A stretch of DNA of 64,000 nt from Acidimicrobiia bacterium (GCA_035458525.1 DATHZQ010000151.1:17104-81103), one strand, 5' to 3'. Positions 20,032-29,967 are shown, counted from the stretch's first letter. A program made the numbers and translations. The notes: a model not told the origin generated them from the letters alone.

Positions 20032-21299
20032 ACCCGTCCCTCCTCTTGTGCCTCCACGAACTTGGCGTTGATCCGGGTGCCCAGCGGCTCGACGAGCCCT
20101 GCGTGGGGGAAGCGATTGAGAGCTTCCTGGAAGAAGCCGCGCACCTGAAGCCGATCTGCGCGCTCAGGATCGAGCCCGCGACTCATGAGGTAGTAGCGCT
20201 GTTCGTCGTCGAGCGGACCGACCGTCGAGCCGTGCCCGCAGCGCACGTCGTTGGCGAGAATCTCGAGGTTGGGAACAGACTGCGCGGCGGCACCCTCGGA
20301 CAAGATCAGATTGCGGTTGGTCTGGAACGCATCCGTGCGTTGGGCCGACTCGTCGATGCGGATCATGCCGGTGAACACACTCAGTGCTTCGTCCTCGACG
20401 GCACCCTTGAGGAACATGTCCGAACGAGTGTTGAGCCCCGCATGGTGCATGAAATACCGGTAGTCGAGGACCTGGTCGCGGTCCCCGAAGTACGCACCAA
20501 GCACCTTTGCGGACGAGCCTTGCCCTTCGAGATCGACGGTGAGATGGAGACGGGAGAGGCGAGCTCCGATGCCCGCTTCGGCGAGCACGAGGTTGGCGTC
20601 CCGCCCCACGACTGCACGGGCATGCGCGATGGAGCGGCTCGTTCGGGCGAGATCCTGGACGACGGAGATCTTGACGTTGGATGCGTTCCCAGCCACGACC
20701 TCGAGCCGTGGCACCACGAGGGTGTCGACGCCGCCCGTCGAGGCGAAGTTCACGACCACCGAAGCAGTGGCGGCTTCTTCGGCGAGGACGACGATGCGGG
20801 GGAATGTCACCGCATGCGGCGTCGCCGCGTGAACATCGACCACGACGAGGCCGGAGTCTGCGCCTCGGCCGACGTGCACGACGGTTGCGTCGGGTCCGAA
20901 GGCTCCGTGCGCGGCGGAGAACACGTCGGTATTGTCCGGCACGCCGACTGCCGAAGCGTCCTGCATCGCTACTTGAACGACTTCAGGTGCGTTGGCCAAG
21001 GAACCGAGCCACACCCGGTCGGAGGCGCCGTCTGGCGCAGTCGCCACGAACCCGTCCACCACGGTGATGGTGTGGGTAGCCGCAAGGTTGGCGAGTTCTG
21101 CGCCGGGCTCCGCCGGCTGGTCGACGAGGGCGAAGTCGTCCAATGCGAAGTCGAATTCGACGTAGCGCCACAACTCCTCTGCGGGGTCTGGCATCGACAG
21201 CTTCCCGAAGTGGTCGAAGGCTGCGGCGCGCTGCTGTGCGCGCCATGGTGGCTCACCTGCAGAGACGCGGGCGACCGCGACGGCATCGAATGGGTTCAC
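20028..21299 (-). CDS. sufD: Fe-S cluster assembly protein SufD
   Basis: The 423-aa product fits the SufB/D family. A GTG start at 21299 is immediately preceded by a 10-bp tandem duplicate of itself. Confidence 0.8.
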   Translation of the reverse strand: MNPFDAVAVARVSAGEPPWRAQQRAAAFDHFGKLSMPDPAEELWRYVEFDFALDDFALVDQPAEPGAELANLAATHTITVVDGFVATAPDGASDRVWLGSLANAPEVVQVAMQDASAVGVPDNTDVFSAAHGAFGPDATVVHVGRGADSGLVVVDVHAATPHAVTFPRIVVLAEEAATASVVVNFASTGGVDTLVVPRLEVVAGNASNVKISVVQDLARTSRSIAHARAVVGRDANLVLAEAGIGARLSRLHLTVDLEGQGSSAKVLGAYFGDRDQVLDYRYFMHHAGLNTRSDMFLKGAVEDEALSVFTGMIRIDESAQRTDAFQTNRNLILSEGAAAQSVPNLEILANDVRCGHGSTVGPLDDEQRYYLMSRGLDPERADRLQVRGFFQEALNRFPHAGLVEPLGTRINAKFVEAQEEGRV

Positions 21300-21310
21300 G
21301 TGGGTTCACG
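21291..21310. repeat. Perfect 10-bp tandem duplication (GGGTTCACGT GGGTTCACGC on + strand; GTGAACCCA x2 on the coding strand) at the sufD start codon
   Basis: Seen directly in the sequence. The second copy contains the GTG start. Confidence 0.6.
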
Positions 21311-21477
21311 CTCCGAGTGGGGGGAACGCGCGGAAGGATACCCCGGTCCGCAGACGCACCCCAAAAAGACCGGACATTGGCTTTGCATTGATCGCCGGCT
21401 CGCCTAACGTTTCGCCCTTGCCGAGCCGCGGTAGGGAATTCGCGGCCGAACCCGAGAACAAAGGGGCTCAGGCACTC

Positions 21478-22239
21478 ATGACTTCACGACATCTCCTGGT
21501 CGCGCTCGCCGCCCTCCTGGCGGCAGCACAGATCCTGATCGGACCCGGCGCGTCGGCTCCTGCGGAGGCGGCCGAAGCGGTATCGCTCACGTGTTTCCCG
21601 CACGAACCGACCGACATGGTGTATCACGACACATGGGGAGCGGCCCGATCCGGCGGCCGCGGCCATCGCGGCACCGACATCATGAGCCCCAAGGGCACTG
21701 AGGTGCGTGCCGTCGCCGACGGCTGGGTGGAGACGCTGAAGAGCGGACCACGATCGGGCTACTACATCCGCCTCGTCCACGAGGGTGACTGGGAATCGTG
21801 GTACATGCACCTGAACAACGACACCGCCGGAACCGATGACGGCCGAGGCGGGGCCGACGCTGCGTATGCCGAGGGCCTCGACGAGGGCATTTTCGTGCGA
21901 GCCGGTCAGGTGATCGGCTACGTGGGTGACTCCGGCAATGCCGAGTGGACAGGGTCCCACACCCACTTCGAACTGCACATCAATGGACGGGCAGTGAACC
22001 CGTACCCGTACCTCGTCGACGTCGACGAAGCCTCCGCACGGCTGATCGACCTGGTCAGTTCGGTGGCCACGCTGCCTGCGCACGAGGTGGGCGGTGCCGC
22101 CAGCGGGGAGCTCTGGGGCGAACTCGTGGCGGCATCAACCGTCGATTGCCTGCCTGACTCTCTGAAGAACGTCATCCAGCATCTCTTCGGTGAGCTTCCC
22201 AGTGAAGGTGTTCTGCTGACTCGGGTGATAACTCGCTGA
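21478..22239 (+). CDS. Secreted M23 family metallopeptidase (LytM domain)
   Basis: The product has a signal peptide (MTSRHLLVALAALLAAAQILIG) and the M23 motifs HRGTDI and HTHFELH. I take the ATG at 21478. Confidence 0.8.
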   Translation: MTSRHLLVALAALLAAAQILIGPGASAPAEAAEAVSLTCFPHEPTDMVYHDTWGAARSGGRGHRGTDIMSPKGTEVRAVADGWVETLKSGPRSGYYIRLVHEGDWESWYMHLNNDTAGTDDGRGGADAAYAEGLDEGIFVRAGQVIGYVGDSGNAEWTGSHTHFELHINGRAVNPYPYLVDVDEASARLIDLVSSVATLPAHEVGGAASGELWGELVAASTVDCLPDSLKNVIQHLFGELPSEGVLLTRVITR

Positions 22240-22821
22240 GATCGACTGAGACCGCAACGCAACCGTGAGTCCGTGTCGAAACCGCGGGCGGGGACGCGGC
22301 AGTGCGAGGCCGAGCCTGCCGAGGCTGCGCCACAAGCTGACGTAGGCGTACGCTCCGAGGCACACGTACGCCACGACGTTGTTCAGGAGGCGCAGTTCCG
22401 CATCGAGCCACGCTCCACAGGCATCTCGCTCCGGGGGCGTCGGGCGGTTGCCGGGCGGGGCGCAACGCACCGCCCCGGTGATCCAAGCGTCGACCAGCCG
22501 CAGGCCATCTCGACGATCCCGTGACGTGGGCTGATTGGCAAAGCCATTGCGATGCAGGGCTCGAAACAGCCAGTCGCCGCTCCGATCGCCGGTGAACATC
22601 CGACCTGTGCGATTGGCCCCGTGGGCCGCAGGAGCGAGACCAACGACGACCAGCCTTGCGTTCGGGTCTCCGAAGCCCGGGACCGGTCGTCCCCAGTACT
22701 CCTCGGTCGCAAACGCAGCCCGCCGCTCCCGCGCCACCTGCTCACGCCACTGGACGAGACGAGGACACGCCCGGCAGTCGACGAGTGCGGCGGAGAGCTC
22801 CTCGAGTGTCGCTCCGGTCAC
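22135..22821 (-). CDS. udgB: Uracil-DNA glycosylase family 5 (UdgB, Fe-S type)
   Basis: The product has the GLAPAAHGANRTGRMFTGDRSG motif and Cys ligands (CRACPRL...C). The probable GTG start overlaps the stop of the upstream lipoprotein gene (GTGA). An alternative GTG lies at 22855. The long R-rich track N-terminus is read-through. Confidence 0.75.
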   Translation of the reverse strand: MTGATLEELSAALVDCRACPRLVQWREQVARERRAAFATEEYWGRPVPGFGDPNARLVVVGLAPAAHGANRTGRMFTGDRSGDWLFRALHRNGFANQPTSRDRRDGLRLVDAWITGAVRCAPPGNRPTPPERDACGAWLDAELRLLNNVVAYVCLGAYAYVSLWRSLGRLGLALPRPRPRFRHGLTVALRSQSISASYHPSQQNTFTGKLTEEMLDDVLQRVRQAIDG

Positions 22822-24329
22822 TCCGGGCGGAGGAAGCTCGTGTCGTATTGCGTGTTGGCGCTCCAGATCATCCACCCGAGCTCCCGTTCTTCTACAACGT
22901 CCTGGACCGCCATGATCTCCGCTGCGTTGAGTTGCCAGGTTTGGATCCAAGGCCGGTAGATGGAGAAGCCCCGGTCCCGAGGAATACCGGAGTCCAGTGC
23001 GAGCGTCACCAGCTCGACGGCATGCTCGTCCGGGTCTTCGTAGCCGTTCCAGCCGGGCGCATAGGTGTAGGTGTAGATCATCGGGCTGAGCACGTCGATG
23101 GCGGTGGACAGCACCTCGGGCCGCTGACCGATGCCCTCGTCCCAATCGCTCGTCAGCGTGATCGCAAAGATGTCTGCAGCCACCGCGCAACCCATCGGGT
23201 TGAGCAGCGCATGCGCCTCCTCGAGGAAGGCTTGGATCGTCGCAACGCGGACTTCTTCGGTGTACCCGCCATCGACCTCGATGGTCGAGATGTCACCGTC
23301 GGACGGGAAGCGCACGTAGTCGAACTGGATCTCATCGAATCCCAGCTCACAGGCCTCCTGTGCGAGCGCCAACGGGTATTCCCATGCACCGCGGTCGGTG
23401 GCGTCGAGCCAGCCGATGTCCTTGTAGTTCCTCCACACACCACCGGTCGTGTTGTCACGGACCGCAATCTCCGGCCGGGCCCGGGAAAGGAAGTTGTCCT
23501 GGAACGTGGTGATGCGCGTGATCTTGTACAGACCGTGCGCGTCCATGTCCGCGATGACCTGCTCTACGTCGTAGAGGAAATTCGAGTTCAGCGCTCCGAT
23601 CTCACTGACCGTGGGAACCGCGCTCTCGTGATAGACCCAGCCGCCCTCATCCTTGGTGTCGATGACGAAAGCGTTGACGACAGATTGATCGGCGAGCTCG
23701 AGGAGACCGGCCCACACGTCCGGGTCTGCGGCCTTGTCACCGCTGACCCGCAAGGCCCGGATGTCGCGGGGCTCCATCTGAATCTCTACGCTGAGCGCCT
23801 CGCCGTCCCAAGAGCCCGCAGCCGGCTCCCATGCAGGCCGCGTCACCGTCAGCTCTCCCGCAGTCGCCCGCGAAATCCGGAATGCCCCGGTGTCGTCCGT
23901 GACGGTGGTGCGGCCGTTCATAGCAACCGTCGTTCCGGGGAGCGGTTGACCGTTTGGCCCCACGACGGCGCCCTCGAGGATGTGCGGGTCCATCGTGACC
24001 TCGACGGTGCCGTCGGTCGTCTCCGGGTATGCGGCGATCGAACCTGCTGTGGCTGAGAAGCCCGGGGCCGCCACGGCGTATTGCACGAGCTCGTCGGTCC
24101 ACTCGAGGCTGATGCTCCCGTCTTCATCGGTGACGAGGACCTGCCGGTCGATCGTCACGTCGGCACCACTCACTGCAGTGCCGTCGTCAACTGCGATGAC
24201 GGTGAGGTTCAGGATCGGTGCCGGTGGTTCCGGAGTGAGCGCTGGATCCCCGGCTACGAGCGCGGCAGGACTGGCGCACGCGGTGGTGACGAGCGCCAGT
24301 GCGATGACTAGGAGGGGACTACGTCGCAT
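22818..24329 (-). CDS. Secreted lipoprotein: carboxypeptidase-regulatory-like Ig repeats plus C-terminal putative glycoside-hydrolase TIM-barrel domain (DUF4015-like)
   Basis: The real start is the ATG at 24329 (MRRSPLLVIALALVTTAC, a lipobox). It has a GGAG RBS, and the upstream 321 codons of the track ORF are antisense to the sigma-factor gene. The C-terminal domain carries DEIQFDYVRFP. Confidence 0.6.
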   Translation of the reverse strand: MRRSPLLVIALALVTTACASPAALVAGDPALTPEPPAPILNLTVIAVDDGTAVSGADVTIDRQVLVTDEDGSISLEWTDELVQYAVAAPGFSATAGSIAAYPETTDGTVEVTMDPHILEGAVVGPNGQPLPGTTVAMNGRTTVTDDTGAFRISRATAGELTVTRPAWEPAAGSWDGEALSVEIQMEPRDIRALRVSGDKAADPDVWAGLLELADQSVVNAFVIDTKDEGGWVYHESAVPTVSEIGALNSNFLYDVEQVIADMDAHGLYKITRITTFQDNFLSRARPEIAVRDNTTGGVWRNYKDIGWLDATDRGAWEYPLALAQEACELGFDEIQFDYVRFPSDGDISTIEVDGGYTEEVRVATIQAFLEEAHALLNPMGCAVAADIFAITLTSDWDEGIGQRPEVLSTAIDVLSPMIYTYTYAPGWNGYEDPDEHAVELVTLALDSGIPRDRGFSIYRPWIQTWQLNAAEIMAVQDVVEERELGWMIWSANTQYDTSFLRPE

Positions 24330-24552
24330 CTTCTCCAACCCACGTGTCCGAGCAGACCAATCGTCGAGGTGGGTCTGTACAACAGTAGTGAGGTTCGTAC
24401 GCGAACGAACCTGCGAACGGCTGCATTCGAGCGATTTGTCCGCACTTTTGACGTGCAGCTGCGTCACGAACCCGTTGCCAGATGGGCGTTCCGGTGATAA
24501 CTTCCGCCAGTCCCACGAGAGAGCCTTTCGATCCAATCGACGAGGGAGACCA

Positions 24553-25482
24553 GTGGCGAGAGGTGCCAAACAAGCGCCGGTCTCGGATCCCATCGGGATG
24601 TACCTCGAAGAGGTGTCGTCCCATACTTTGCTGGATGCCGAGGACGAGGTCCGACTGGCAAGGACCATCGAGGCCGGGCGGCGAGCGCAGAGCCGGCTGG
24701 ATACGGCCGGCAAACTCGCTCGGGCAGACCGGCTCGCCCTGGAAGAGGCAGTCCACGCCGGCGAGGAGGCACGCGCCGAATTCGTTCGCAGCAACCTGCG
24801 CCTCGTCATCTCGATCGCCAAGCGGTACACCGGTCGTGGGCTCGACATGCTCGATCTCATCCAGGAAGGCAATCTCGGGTTGATGCGCGCCGTCGAGAAG
24901 TTCGACTGGCGCAAAGGATTCAAGTTCTCCACATATGCAACGTGGTGGATCCGCCAAGCGATCACCCGTGGGCTCGGCAACCACGGACGGACGATCCGGC
25001 TACCGGTGCACATGGTCGATGTCGTGCGAACGGTGCAAGAAACTGGTTTGTCGCTCCTCGAAACGAACAGGCGAGCGCCGACCGTGGACGAGATCTCGCA
25101 GATGAGCGGGCTCGATTCAGACAAAGTGGTGGTGGCCCTCAACGCTCCCACCGACTGTGTCTCGCTGGATCGACCGGTAGGCGAGGACGGAGATGCGGAG
25201 CTGAGCGACTTCATCCAGGACGACGGCGCAGTCGACCCGTTTGTCGTCGTGTCCGAGGACGCAAGGCGCGCAGAGCTGCAGCGAGCGCTCACGCTGCTCG
25301 ACGAGCGCGAACGAATGGTCGTGATCCTTCGCTACGGACTGCAGGGCCACCAGCCCCGCACGTTGTCTGACGTGGGCAAAGAGCTCGGCGTGACGAGAGA
25401 GCGGGTACGCCAGATCGAGCACCGCGCTCTTTCCAAGCTGCGGCATCCGAGTTGTGCGTACGACCTGGAGAGCCTGCTCTAG
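24553..25482 (+). CDS. RNA polymerase sigma-70 factor, group 2 (SigB/HrdB-paralog-like; regions 1.2-4)
   Basis: The product reads DPIGMYLEEV...LLDAEDEVRLARTIEAG, with region 2 (LIQEGNLGLMRAVEKFD, STYATWWIRQAI) and region 4 (TLSDVGKELGVTRERVRQIE). A GTG at 24553 follows a GAGGGAG RBS. Confidence 0.85.
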   Translation: MARGAKQAPVSDPIGMYLEEVSSHTLLDAEDEVRLARTIEAGRRAQSRLDTAGKLARADRLALEEAVHAGEEARAEFVRSNLRLVISIAKRYTGRGLDMLDLIQEGNLGLMRAVEKFDWRKGFKFSTYATWWIRQAITRGLGNHGRTIRLPVHMVDVVRTVQETGLSLLETNRRAPTVDEISQMSGLDSDKVVVALNAPTDCVSLDRPVGEDGDAELSDFIQDDGAVDPFVVVSEDARRAELQRALTLLDERERMVVILRYGLQGHQPRTLSDVGKELGVTRERVRQIEHRALSKLRHPSCAYDLESLL

Positions 25483-26504
25483 AGACCGAGTCCGAGTTGC
25501 TGCGGGCTGGCGGGCGCTGCAGTCCGCACGTGGACCCGAGCCGACCGGCGGACGCGATCTGGAACCGGCCCCCCGAACTCGCGCAGCGCTGCGTCGACGG
25601 TTGCCGCAATCCTGGCCCGAATTGCCGAAGATGCCTCGCGCCCGCCGCCGTACCAGCGGCCGTGGTCCGAAGCGAGATGCGGTCGATGTCGCTCGAGCCA
25701 CTGCAAGAAGTGGTCGCGAATGCCTGGCCCGAGGTGGAGAACGACATGGCCCACGCCGACCGCACCGGCGGCGACCGCAGCCCGGACGACGTCTCGGATC
25801 TGATCGGCACCGTCGGACAAACCGGGGATGATCGGGCCCATCAAGATCCCGGAGCGAATTCCGGTCTCGTTGAGTTCGGCGACGGCATCGATGCGGCGCT
25901 GCGGGTGCGGCGTTCCCGGCTCGGTGAGCTTCCACACGGCGGGATCGAGCGTGCCGACCGAGAAATCAACGCGAACACGTCCGGCCCGGGCAACGTCCTG
26001 CAGTACATCGAGATCTCGCAGCACGAGGGTCGATTTGGTCAGGATCGAAACGGGGTTGCCTCGCTCCCCGAGCACCTCGAGCACACCCCGCGTCAGCCGG
26101 TATTTGCCCTCGGCGGGCTGATAGGGATCGGTGTTGGTACCCATGGCGATGAGATCACCGCCCCACCTGGTCGGTGCCGTCTCCGCTCGCACGAGGTCAA
26201 CGGCGTTGCGCTTGACCACGATCTTGCGGTCGAAGTCCTCGCCGATGCCGAGACCCAGGTACTCGTGGGTCGGACGAGCGAAGCAGTAGGTACACCGATG
26301 GCTGCAACCCCTGTAGGCATTGATCGTGTATTCGAACCCGAACCTCGGCCCGCCCGGGACCTTGTTGATGATGCTCTTGGCGTCGACCTCGAGAAACTCC
26401 AACCCGCGGTACTCGCCGCGGCCCGCAACTCGGCGGGCTGGAGCGAAGAGTGCGGGCTGCGCATCCGGTTGATCAGCGAGTTTCCAACGCAGGTTCTCGG
26501 CCAT
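25479..26504 (-). CDS. Radical SAM protein, SplB/COG1533-like (DNA photolyase-like family)
   Basis: The product has a CSHRCTYCFA (CxxxCxxC) cluster motif and is 341 aa long. Confidence 0.7.
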   Translation of the reverse strand: MAENLRWKLADQPDAQPALFAPARRVAGRGEYRGLEFLEVDAKSIINKVPGGPRFGFEYTINAYRGCSHRCTYCFARPTHEYLGLGIGEDFDRKIVVKRNAVDLVRAETAPTRWGGDLIAMGTNTDPYQPAEGKYRLTRGVLEVLGERGNPVSILTKSTLVLRDLDVLQDVARAGRVRVDFSVGTLDPAVWKLTEPGTPHPQRRIDAVAELNETGIRSGILMGPIIPGLSDGADQIRDVVRAAVAAGAVGVGHVVLHLGPGIRDHFLQWLERHRPHLASDHGRWYGGGREASSAIRARIAATVDAALREFGGPVPDRVRRSARVHVRTAAPASPQQLGLGL

Positions 26505-26576
26505 GGGAGCGGGACTCTAGTCGAACATGTGTTCGATCGCTGGGGTGTCACACCGCAAGCGTCACGATCGGCTTGG

Positions 26577-27236
26577 TCAAAAGAGGCGGAGCGTGGGCGA
26601 ATCGATGCCACGCAGCACGTCGTAGTCGACTTCCTTCCAACCGATGTCTCGGTCCTCCGCCAGCGTGCGTGCCTGCGGCTTCACCTGCTGGGCAACGAAG
26701 ATGCCCCGTACCGGCGCCAGCAGCTCGTCACGGTTGAGGAAATCGAGGTACCGGGTGAGCTGCTCGACACCGTCGATCTCACCCCGACGCTTGATCTCTA
26801 CCGCAACGGTTCGCCCGTCACCATCACGGCACAGGAGGTCGACGGGACCCACCGGCGTCGGGTATTCACGCCGGATCAACTCGAGCCCCGCCTCGATCTC
26901 GGCGGGGGTCTCGGCAAGCAGCCGCTGCAGCTCCGATTCCACGCCATCCTTCTGGAGCCCGGGATCCTCGCCCATCTCGACGGACGTCTCGAGATGGATC
27001 TCGGCGAAGGTGATGGTCAGCTTCTCCCCTTTCGGGTTGGTGACGACCCACCTACCGTCCTCCTCGGCGAGGTGGTTGGGGGCGTTCATCCAGTTGAGCG
27101 GCTTGTAGGCCCCACCGTCTGCATGCACTGCGACGCATCCGTCCGCCTTGACCATGACGAGACGCGTCGCCATTGGAAGGTGGGCGGTCAGTCGTCCGTC
27201 GTAGTCGACCGTGCAGTCCGCAACAACGATGCGCAT
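26577..27236 (-). CDS. nucS: Endonuclease NucS (EndoMS), non-canonical mismatch repair nuclease
   Basis: The product reads [21 protein letters not shown]...[21 protein letters not shown]...[33 protein letters not shown], a near-collinear match to mycobacterial NucS. I take the ATG at 27236. Confidence 0.9.
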   Translation of the reverse strand: MRIVVADCTVDYDGRLTAHLPMATRLVMVKADGCVAVHADGGAYKPLNWMNAPNHLAEEDGRWVVTNPKGEKLTITFAEIHLETSVEMGEDPGLQKDGVESELQRLLAETPAEIEAGLELIRREYPTPVGPVDLLCRDGDGRTVAVEIKRRGEIDGVEQLTRYLDFLNRDELLAPVRGIFVAQQVKPQARTLAEDRDIGWKEVDYDVLRGIDSPTLRLF

Positions 27237-27425
27237 GGCTGCGCAGCGTAGTTGCCAAGTGCTCGAGGCCGGTCCACCGGGCGCGTGCCATCGGATCACC
27301 GACGACCGCATCGCGACCCGCAGACAGAGCAGCCGTCGCCAGTTCGGCGCCGTGCTCACCATCGACTTTGCGGGCGCACGGGCCGAGATATCAGTCGAAT
27401 GGATGCCGAACCACGGCGCTTCTCG

Positions 27426-27935
27426 TCAGGACTGCCGGACGCCCGACTCGCCCCTCGCTGCCCACGTGGCGATGGTCGCGAGGATGACGACATTGAGGAG
27501 GAGCCCGACCCACGACTCCCACAAGCCGAGAGCCGTCAGCACGACGGAAAACACGGTGACGCCAAGCACGAACCGCCACCATCCCTGCCAACCCAACCAC
27601 TCGCCGGCGGCTGCTGCCACATAAGCGACGGCCACCACTGCCCAGGCGATGCCGACGACACGGAGCACGAACGGGTCGGAGATCCGCCACGCTCCACCGA
27701 GGTAGTCGAGCGACTCACCGTCCGCTGCTGCCTGGAAGGCGCGAGACGTGCCTACGAGGTGAGCGACGGCGTGGGCGAACAGGAACAGCGACACACCAGC
27801 CGACCAGAGAAAGTCGGTCGAACTCGTTCCGCCGTGGGGCCAGAACGTGGTGGCGTCACCGTGCGCATCCACGCAGCGAGCATGCGTCCCCGTCGAATCC
27901 CATCCAAGGGGGCGAAGGTCCCGGTGAACAGGCAC
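27426..27935 (-). CDS. Integral membrane protein, unknown function
   Basis: The 169-aa product is hydrophobic with 4 predicted TM helices. Confidence 0.45.
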   Translation of the reverse strand: MPVHRDLRPLGWDSTGTHARCVDAHGDATTFWPHGGTSSTDFLWSAGVSLFLFAHAVAHLVGTSRAFQAAADGESLDYLGGAWRISDPFVLRVVGIAWAVVAVAYVAAAAGEWLGWQGWWRFVLGVTVFSVVLTALGLWESWVGLLLNVVILATIATWAARGESGVRQS

Positions 27936-27971
27936 AGCCGGAGAGGCGATCGGCCCCAGCCGGAGGCCGGT

Positions 27972-28370
27972 CTAGGAAGCGGGGTGCGCCGCCGTCTGTG
28001 GACGCAGGCCGGCGAACGCACGGCCGAGCCACTCGCTGGCCCGGCGCGTGCGCTGTCGAAACCCCGGAGGCAGGTCAGCAACCAAGAACACCCACGCCAC
28101 CCATCCGATGATCCAGATGCGGGCGAGCCCGGCGATCTCGAGACCAAGGAGCAACGACCCGACGGCGAACAGGCCGAGCACGTACGGGAACGCACGGTGG
28201 AAGCCGCGCTCGTTGAGGCGAGGCCTGCGCAGGGTGTGTCCCCGCCACATCAATCCAGCGCCGAACACGTCAGCGACCAAGTCGGTTGATGCGCCGAACA
28301 TACGTGACGTGAGGATCAGGAACGCCCCGGCCAGGATGTAGACAAGGCCTCGGCTGGACGGTGCGGGCAC
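27972..28370 (-). CDS. Small integral membrane protein, unknown function
   Basis: The 132-aa product has 3 predicted TM helices. Confidence 0.45.
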   Translation of the reverse strand: MPAPSSRGLVYILAGAFLILTSRMFGASTDLVADVFGAGLMWRGHTLRRPRLNERGFHRAFPYVLGLFAVGSLLLGLEIAGLARIWIIGWVAWVFLVADLPPGFRQRTRRASEWLGRAFAGLRPQTAAHPAS

Positions 28371-28450
28371 GGCGTCAGGTTCCTCTCCCTGACCCAGTTG
28401 CGGGCCCCCACCCGTGATCGAAGAGCATACCAGGCGCGCTCCACGGCCGC

Positions 28451-29857
28451 TCAGCCAACCGAGCCCTCCATCTGCAGCTCGATCAGCCGATTGAGCTCGA
28501 CTGCGTACTCCATGGGAAGCTCCTTGACGATGGGCTCGATGAAGCCGGCGACGATCATGGCAGTCGCCTCCTCCTCAGAGAGGCCCCGCGACATCAGGTA
28601 GAACAGTTGCTCCTCGCCGACCTTCGAGACCGTTGCCTCGTGCCCGATCTGGGTGTTCGACTCCTCGATCTCCATGTACGGGTAGGTGTCGGACCGGGAG
28701 TCCTCGTCGAGGATCAGCGCATCGCACCGTACAAACGACTTGGCGTGCTCGGCACCCGGCTCGACGCGCACCAGCCCCCGGTATCCCGCACGGCCGCCGT
28801 CCTTGGAGATCGACTTCGACGTGATCAACGAGGTGGTGTCCGCGGCCACGTGGACCATCTTGGCCCCGGCGTCCTGATGTTGCCCTTCTCCGGCGAAGGC
28901 GATCGACAACACCTCGCCATGGGCGCCTTCCTCCATCAGCCACACCGCCGGGTACTTCATGGTCAGCTTCGAGCCCAGGTTGCCGTCGATCCACTCCATC
29001 GTGGCGTTCTTGTAGGCGACGGCTCGCTTGGTGACGAGGTTGTAGACGTTGTTCGACCAATTCTGGATCGTCGTGTAGCGACAGCGTCCGCCTTCCTTCA
29101 CGATGATCTCGACGACCGCAGAGTGCAGCGAGTCGCTGGAGTAGACGGGTGCGGAACATCCCTCGACGTAGTGGCAGTAGGCCCCTTCGTCGATGATGAT
29201 CAGCGTGCGCTCGAACTGCCCCATGTTCTCGGCGTTGATGCGGAAGTAGGCCTGGAGCGGCTGGTCGACGTGGACGCCCGGCGGCACGTAGATGAAGGAC
29301 CCGCCGGACCAGACCGCCGAGTTCAACGCGGCGAACTTGTTGTCGTTGGGCGGGATGACCGTACCGAAGTACTCCTGCACGATCTCGGGGTGTTCGCGAA
29401 CAGCGGTGTCCATGTCCATGAACAGCACACCTAGTTCTTCGAGATCTTCGCGATTTCGGTGGTAAACGACCTCGGACTCGTACTGGGCGGTGACTCCGGC
29501 GAGGTACTTGCGCTCGGCTTCCGGAATGCCCAGCTTCTCGTACGTGTCCTTGATCGAGTCGGGAACCATGTCCCAGTCCTTGGCCTGGCCCTCGGTCGGC
29601 TTGATGTAGTAGTAGATGTCATCGAAGTCGATCTCATCCAGCGTCCCGCCGCCGCCCCATGTCGGCACCGGCTTGCGCAGGAACCGCTTGTAGGACTTCA
29701 GCCGGAAGTCGAGCATCCAGTCCGGCTCTTTCTTGATCCGAGACATCTCCCGGATGATCTCCTCGTTCAGACCCTTCTTCGGCTTGAACACATAGTCATC
29801 CTCGGCGTCAGACCACCCCAAGGCGTATTTGCCGAGGTCGATGTCAACGGTGGCCAT
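28451..29857 (-). CDS. sufB: Fe-S cluster assembly protein SufB
   Basis: The 468-aa product is a collinear SufB (…[19 protein letters not shown]…[10 protein letters not shown]…). An AGGAG RBS lies 7 nt upstream of the ATG. Confidence 0.92.
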   Translation of the reverse strand: MATVDIDLGKYALGWSDAEDDYVFKPKKGLNEEIIREMSRIKKEPDWMLDFRLKSYKRFLRKPVPTWGGGGTLDEIDFDDIYYYIKPTEGQAKDWDMVPDSIKDTYEKLGIPEAERKYLAGVTAQYESEVVYHRNREDLEELGVLFMDMDTAVREHPEIVQEYFGTVIPPNDNKFAALNSAVWSGGSFIYVPPGVHVDQPLQAYFRINAENMGQFERTLIIIDEGAYCHYVEGCSAPVYSSDSLHSAVVEIIVKEGGRCRYTTIQNWSNNVYNLVTKRAVAYKNATMEWIDGNLGSKLTMKYPAVWLMEEGAHGEVLSIAFAGEGQHQDAGAKMVHVAADTTSLITSKSISKDGGRAGYRGLVRVEPGAEHAKSFVRCDALILDEDSRSDTYPYMEIEESNTQIGHEATVSKVGEEQLFYLMSRGLSEEEATAMIVAGFIEPIVKELPMEYAVELNRLIELQMEGSVG

Positions 29858-29890
29858 GGATCACTCCTCTGGAGGGTGGTCAAGAATTTG

Positions 29891-29906
29891 CACTATCCGG
29901 ATAGTG
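29891..29906. promoter_or_regulatory. Perfect 16-bp palindrome CACTATCCGGATAGTG in the sufB upstream region; candidate operator
   Basis: Seen directly in the sequence. A TGGGA-N3-TCCCA palindrome follows immediately at 29905-29917. Both lie 35-65 bp upstream of the sufB start codon. Confidence 0.5.
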
Positions 29907-29967
29907 GGATTGTCCCACAGCGGCGCAGGCTACTCAAGAGCGTTGCCCAAGCACGCATCGAGCCGCA

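Noticed and set aside
22656-24056. A 466-aa plus-strand ORF
   Set aside because: It is antisense to the lipoprotein/GH-like gene and has no motifs.
25452-27251. A 599-aa plus-strand ORF
   Set aside because: It is antisense to the radical-SAM and nucS genes.
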